Assembly (NCBI GenBank): GCA_964291285.2
Contig: OZ219785.1
Location: forward strand, 544,001-608,000
Direction: 5' to 3'
DNA length: 64,000 nt
Origin: Alphaproteobacteria bacterium
GTDB lineage: Bacteria; Pseudomonadota; Alphaproteobacteria; Bin95
Positions 61,338 to 64,000 of this stretch are shown here, piece after piece. The position numbers and the translations under genes are program-made. The notes beneath the pieces were generated by a model, which ran no database searches, had not been told where the DNA came from, and was given only the letters and a program-made list of their open reading frames with translations. Position 1 is the first letter of the stretch, and every line of letters starts with the position of its first letter.

Positions 61338-62402
61338 CTACCGATCTGCCGGACGGGTCTCCGGGCCGGAGACGCCGGCGCCCTCGAAGGTGGCCATGTC
61401 GGCATGGCAACGGGCGGCGGCCCTGAGCAGCGCGAGCGCAAGAGCCGCGCCGGAACCTTCCCCGAGGCGCATGCCCAGGTCGAGCAGCGGCGCCTTGCCC
61501 CAGAGCGCCAGCAGCCGCCCGTGGGCCGGCTCGGCCGAGAGGTGACCGGCCTGGCAGTGGTCGAGGCCGGTCGGGTCGAGCGCATGCAGCACGGCCGCCG
61601 CGGCCGCCGCGCCGTAGCCGTCCAGCAGCACCGGCACGCGGCCCATGCGCGCCGCCACCAGCGCGCCGAACATGGCGGCGGTCTCGAAGCCGCCGAGGCG
61701 GCGCAGCACTTCCAGCGGCGGCTGGCCGCCATGACGCGCGGCCCCGAGGCGCACCGTTTCGACCTTGGCCTCGAGCCGCGCGCCGGAAACCCCCGTGCCG
61801 GGCCCGGTCCAGTCTTCGGCGTCTCCCCCGTGCAGCGCATGGGCGATGGCGGCCGCAGAGGTGGTGTTGGCGATGCCCATTTCGCCGATCGCGAGCGCAT
61901 CGATGCCGGGCTCGACCGCCATCATGCCGTAGGCGACGGCGCGCGCGCATTCCTCGTCCGTCATGGCGGGCGCCTCCGTGAAATCCTCTGTCGGGACCTC
62001 CAGCGAGAGTTCATAAACCCGAAGCTCCGCGTCGAGCGCGCTGCAAATGGCGTTCACCGCTGCGCCGCCGGCGATGAAGTTCTGCACCATTTCCGCGGTC
62101 ACCGAAGCCGGCCAGGCCGAGACACCGCGCCGGGCGACGCCGTGATTGCCGGCGAAAACCGCGACGCGCGCGCGTTCCAGGCGCGGTGGATGGCGCCCCT
62201 GCCATGCGGCGAGCCATTCCGCCAGTTCCTCCAGCCGCCCGAGCGCACCCGGCGGTTTGGTCAACAGGCCGTCCCGCACGCGCGCCGCCTCCCGTGCCGC
62301 TTCGTCGGGGCCGGGCAGATGCGCGAGCGTCTCGGCGATCTCGGCAAGCGAGACAATCGGAGCGGTCTCGCCATGCGAGACAGGGGGGTCGGTTTCGGCC
62401 AT
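61338..62402 (-). CDS. cobT: Nicotinate-nucleotide dimethylbenzimidazole phosphoribosyltransferase
   Basis: LTKPPGALGRLE, FAGNHGV, GEMGIANTT, GPGTG, MRLGEGSGA. Confidence 0.95.
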   Translation of the reverse strand: MAETDPPVSHGETAPIVSLAEIAETLAHLPGPDEAAREAARVRDGLLTKPPGALGRLEELAEWLAAWQGRHPPRLERARVAVFAGNHGVARRGVSAWPASVTAEMVQNFIAGGAAVNAICSALDAELRVYELSLEVPTEDFTEAPAMTDEECARAVAYGMMAVEPGIDALAIGEMGIANTTSAAAIAHALHGGDAEDWTGPGTGVSGARLEAKVETVRLGAARHGGQPPLEVLRRLGGFETAAMFGALVAARMGRVPVLLDGYGAAAAAAVLHALDPTGLDHCQAGHLSAEPAHGRLLALWGKAPLLDLGMRLGEGSGAALALALLRAAARCHADMATFEGAGVSGPETRPADR

Positions 62403-62438
62403 GCTGGCGGTCTATCGCGGATTCGCCCGGGGAAGTCC

Positions 62439-63146
62439 ATGCGCGCCCTCGACGACATGCGGCAGGCCTTCCAGTTCCTGACCGTGCTGCCCGTCGGCCG
62501 GCCCGATCCCGGGCCGCTCGGCGGGACGGCCTGGTGCTTCCCGCTGGCGGGGCTGGCCGTTGGCGGCTGCGTTGCGCTTGCCTTCCTGGCGGCGCGGGAG
62601 GCCGGCCTGCCAGCGGAATTGGCGGGGTTCCTCGCCGTCGGTGCCGGCATCGCGGTCACCGGCGGGCTGCATGAGGACGGCCTGGCCGACACGGCGGACG
62701 GCCTCGGCGTCCGGGACCGGCGGCGGGCGCTGGAAGCCATGCGCGATTCCCGCACCGGCGCCTTCGGCGTGCTGGCGTTGGCGCTGACCGTGCCGATGCG
62801 GGCGCTGGCGCTGGCTGCCGCAGGGCCCGTCGCGGCCCTTGCCGCGCATGCGCTCTCGCGCGGGGCGATGGCGGGGGCGATGGCCTGGACGCCGCCGGCG
62901 CGCCCGGACGGCCTGGCGGCCGGCGCCGGGCCGACCTCCGCCACCGCCGCGCTTATGCTCGCGGCCGGCATCGGCATCGTGCTCGGCTGGCCGGCGGTTC
63001 CGGCGGCGGCGCTCGCGGCCCTCGCCGCGGCATGGTGGACGGCCCGGCGATTCGGCGGCCATACGGGCGACACGCTCGGCGCCGTCCAGCAGGCGGTGGA
63101 ACTGGCGGTCCTGCTGGCGTTGGCGGGCCGTATGGGAGCCGGCTGA
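62439..63146 (+). CDS. cobS: Adenosylcobinamide-GDP ribazoletransferase
   Basis: FLTVLP, TGGLHEDGLADTADG, MRDSRTGAFG, GGHTGDTLGA. Confidence 0.93.
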   Translation: MRALDDMRQAFQFLTVLPVGRPDPGPLGGTAWCFPLAGLAVGGCVALAFLAAREAGLPAELAGFLAVGAGIAVTGGLHEDGLADTADGLGVRDRRRALEAMRDSRTGAFGVLALALTVPMRALALAAAGPVAALAAHALSRGAMAGAMAWTPPARPDGLAAGAGPTSATAALMLAAGIGIVLGWPAVPAAALAALAAAWWTARRFGGHTGDTLGAVQQAVELAVLLALAGRMGAG

Positions 63147-63154
63147 AACGCGGA

Positions 63155-63170
63155 TGTTTCACGTGAAACA
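63155..63170. promoter_or_regulatory. parS chromosome partitioning site
   Basis: TGTTTCACGTGAAACA, an exact match to the bacterial parS consensus, upstream of mnmG. Confidence 0.93.
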
Positions 63171-63230
63171 CAGCGCCGGAAAGGCGCGCCGGACTTGTCT
63201 CCGGCGGCGCATGGGCCTATTGGACCGCCC

Positions 63231-64000
63231 ATGAGCGGGTACGACGTGATCGTGGTCGGCGGCGGCCATGCGGGCTGCGAAGCGGCGGCGGCGGCGGCGC
63301 GGAGAGGCGTGCGGACGCTCCTCGTCACCCACAAGCTCGACACCATCGGCGAAATGTCCTGCAACCCGGCGATCGGCGGGCTCGGCAAGGGCCATCTGGT
63401 GCGCGAGATCGATGCGCTCGACGGGATCATGGGCCGCGCCATCGACCGGGCGGGCATCCAGTTCCGCATGCTCAACCGCAGCAAGGGCCCGGCCGTGCAG
63501 GGGCCGCGCGCCCAGGCGGACCGCAGGCTCTACCGCCGCGCGGTGCGCGCCCTGCTGGAGGAGCAGCCCGGCCTGGAATTGCGCGCGGGCGCGGTGGAGG
63601 ACCTCGTTCTGGACCGGCAGGGGCGGATCGCGGGCGTGGCGCTGGCGGGCGGAGAGACGGTTTCGGCAAGCGCCGTCGTGCTGACCACCGGCACCTTCCT
63701 GCGCGGCATGATCCATATCGGCCGGGAAACGCGGCCGGCCGGCCGGGTGGGCGACGCGCCGGCGATCGGCCTCGCCCGCACGCTGGAGCGGCTCCGCCTG
63801 CCCATGGGCCGGCTCAAGACCGGCACGCCGCCGCGGCTCGACGGGCCCAGCATCGCTTTCGGACGGCTGGAGGAGCAGCGGGGGGACGATCCGCCGGCGC
63901 CATTCTCCGCCATGACGGACCGGATCGAGGTGCCGCAGACGGTCTGCCATGTGACCGCGACGACGCCGGAAACGCACGCGCTGGTGCGCGCCAATCTCGG
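63231..64000 (+). CDS. mnmG: tRNA uridine-5-carboxymethylaminomethyl modification enzyme (partial, runs off the right edge)
   Basis: [69 protein letters not shown]. Confidence 0.97.
   Translation, partial: MSGYDVIVVGGGHAGCEAAAAAARRGVRTLLVTHKLDTIGEMSCNPAIGGLGKGHLVREIDALDGIMGRAIDRAGIQFRMLNRSKGPAVQGPRAQADRRLYRRAVRALLEEQPGLELRAGAVEDLVLDRQGRIAGVALAGGETVSASAVVLTTGTFLRGMIHIGRETRPAGRVGDAPAIGLARTLERLRLPMGRLKTGTPPRLDGPSIAFGRLEEQRGDDPPAPFSAMTDRIEVPQTVCHVTATTPETHALVRANL

Overview
GC-rich alphaproteobacterial chromosome segment. It is probably origin-proximal, since a perfect parS sits just upstream of mnmG/gidA at the right edge. The backbone carries carB(3')-greA, a thiolase, an ActP-like symporter, a purine ABC transporter with guaD, algH-dsbD-fnr, lpxD, ispE-TPR-ETF:QO-udg-slt-moaB, cobT/cobS and mnmG. 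Two IS-rich accessory zones interrupt it. The first (about 3-9 kb) has a duplicated greA 3' end, a complete ISAs1 whose transposase carries a DUF4338/DruA-like N-terminal domain (10-bp TSD), an IS256 (8-bp TSD), a two-repeat Myb-like protein and a Uma2 nuclease. The second (about 23.8-38.8 kb) has a truncated MMPL transporter, a disrupted HEPN-like gene and two inverted IS1380 copies bracketing a 2085-aa FN3/Calx-beta autotransporter (C13 tract in its leader) and a truncated GIY-YIG nuclease. The best novelty candidates are: (1) a 206-bp non-coding mobile unit present three times (twice in tandem), bounded by a shared CAA core, without true terminal inverted repeats and with an internal promoter/hairpin/T-tract layout; (2) likely poly-C phase variation of the giant adhesin; (3) a 132-bp MITE inserted in frame into an aminotransferase; (4) an orphan low-GC ParA coupled to an unknown partner; (5) a pair of paralogous disulfide lipoproteins flanking an MFS transporter. 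All family assignments come from motif recognition by eye; no searches were run.
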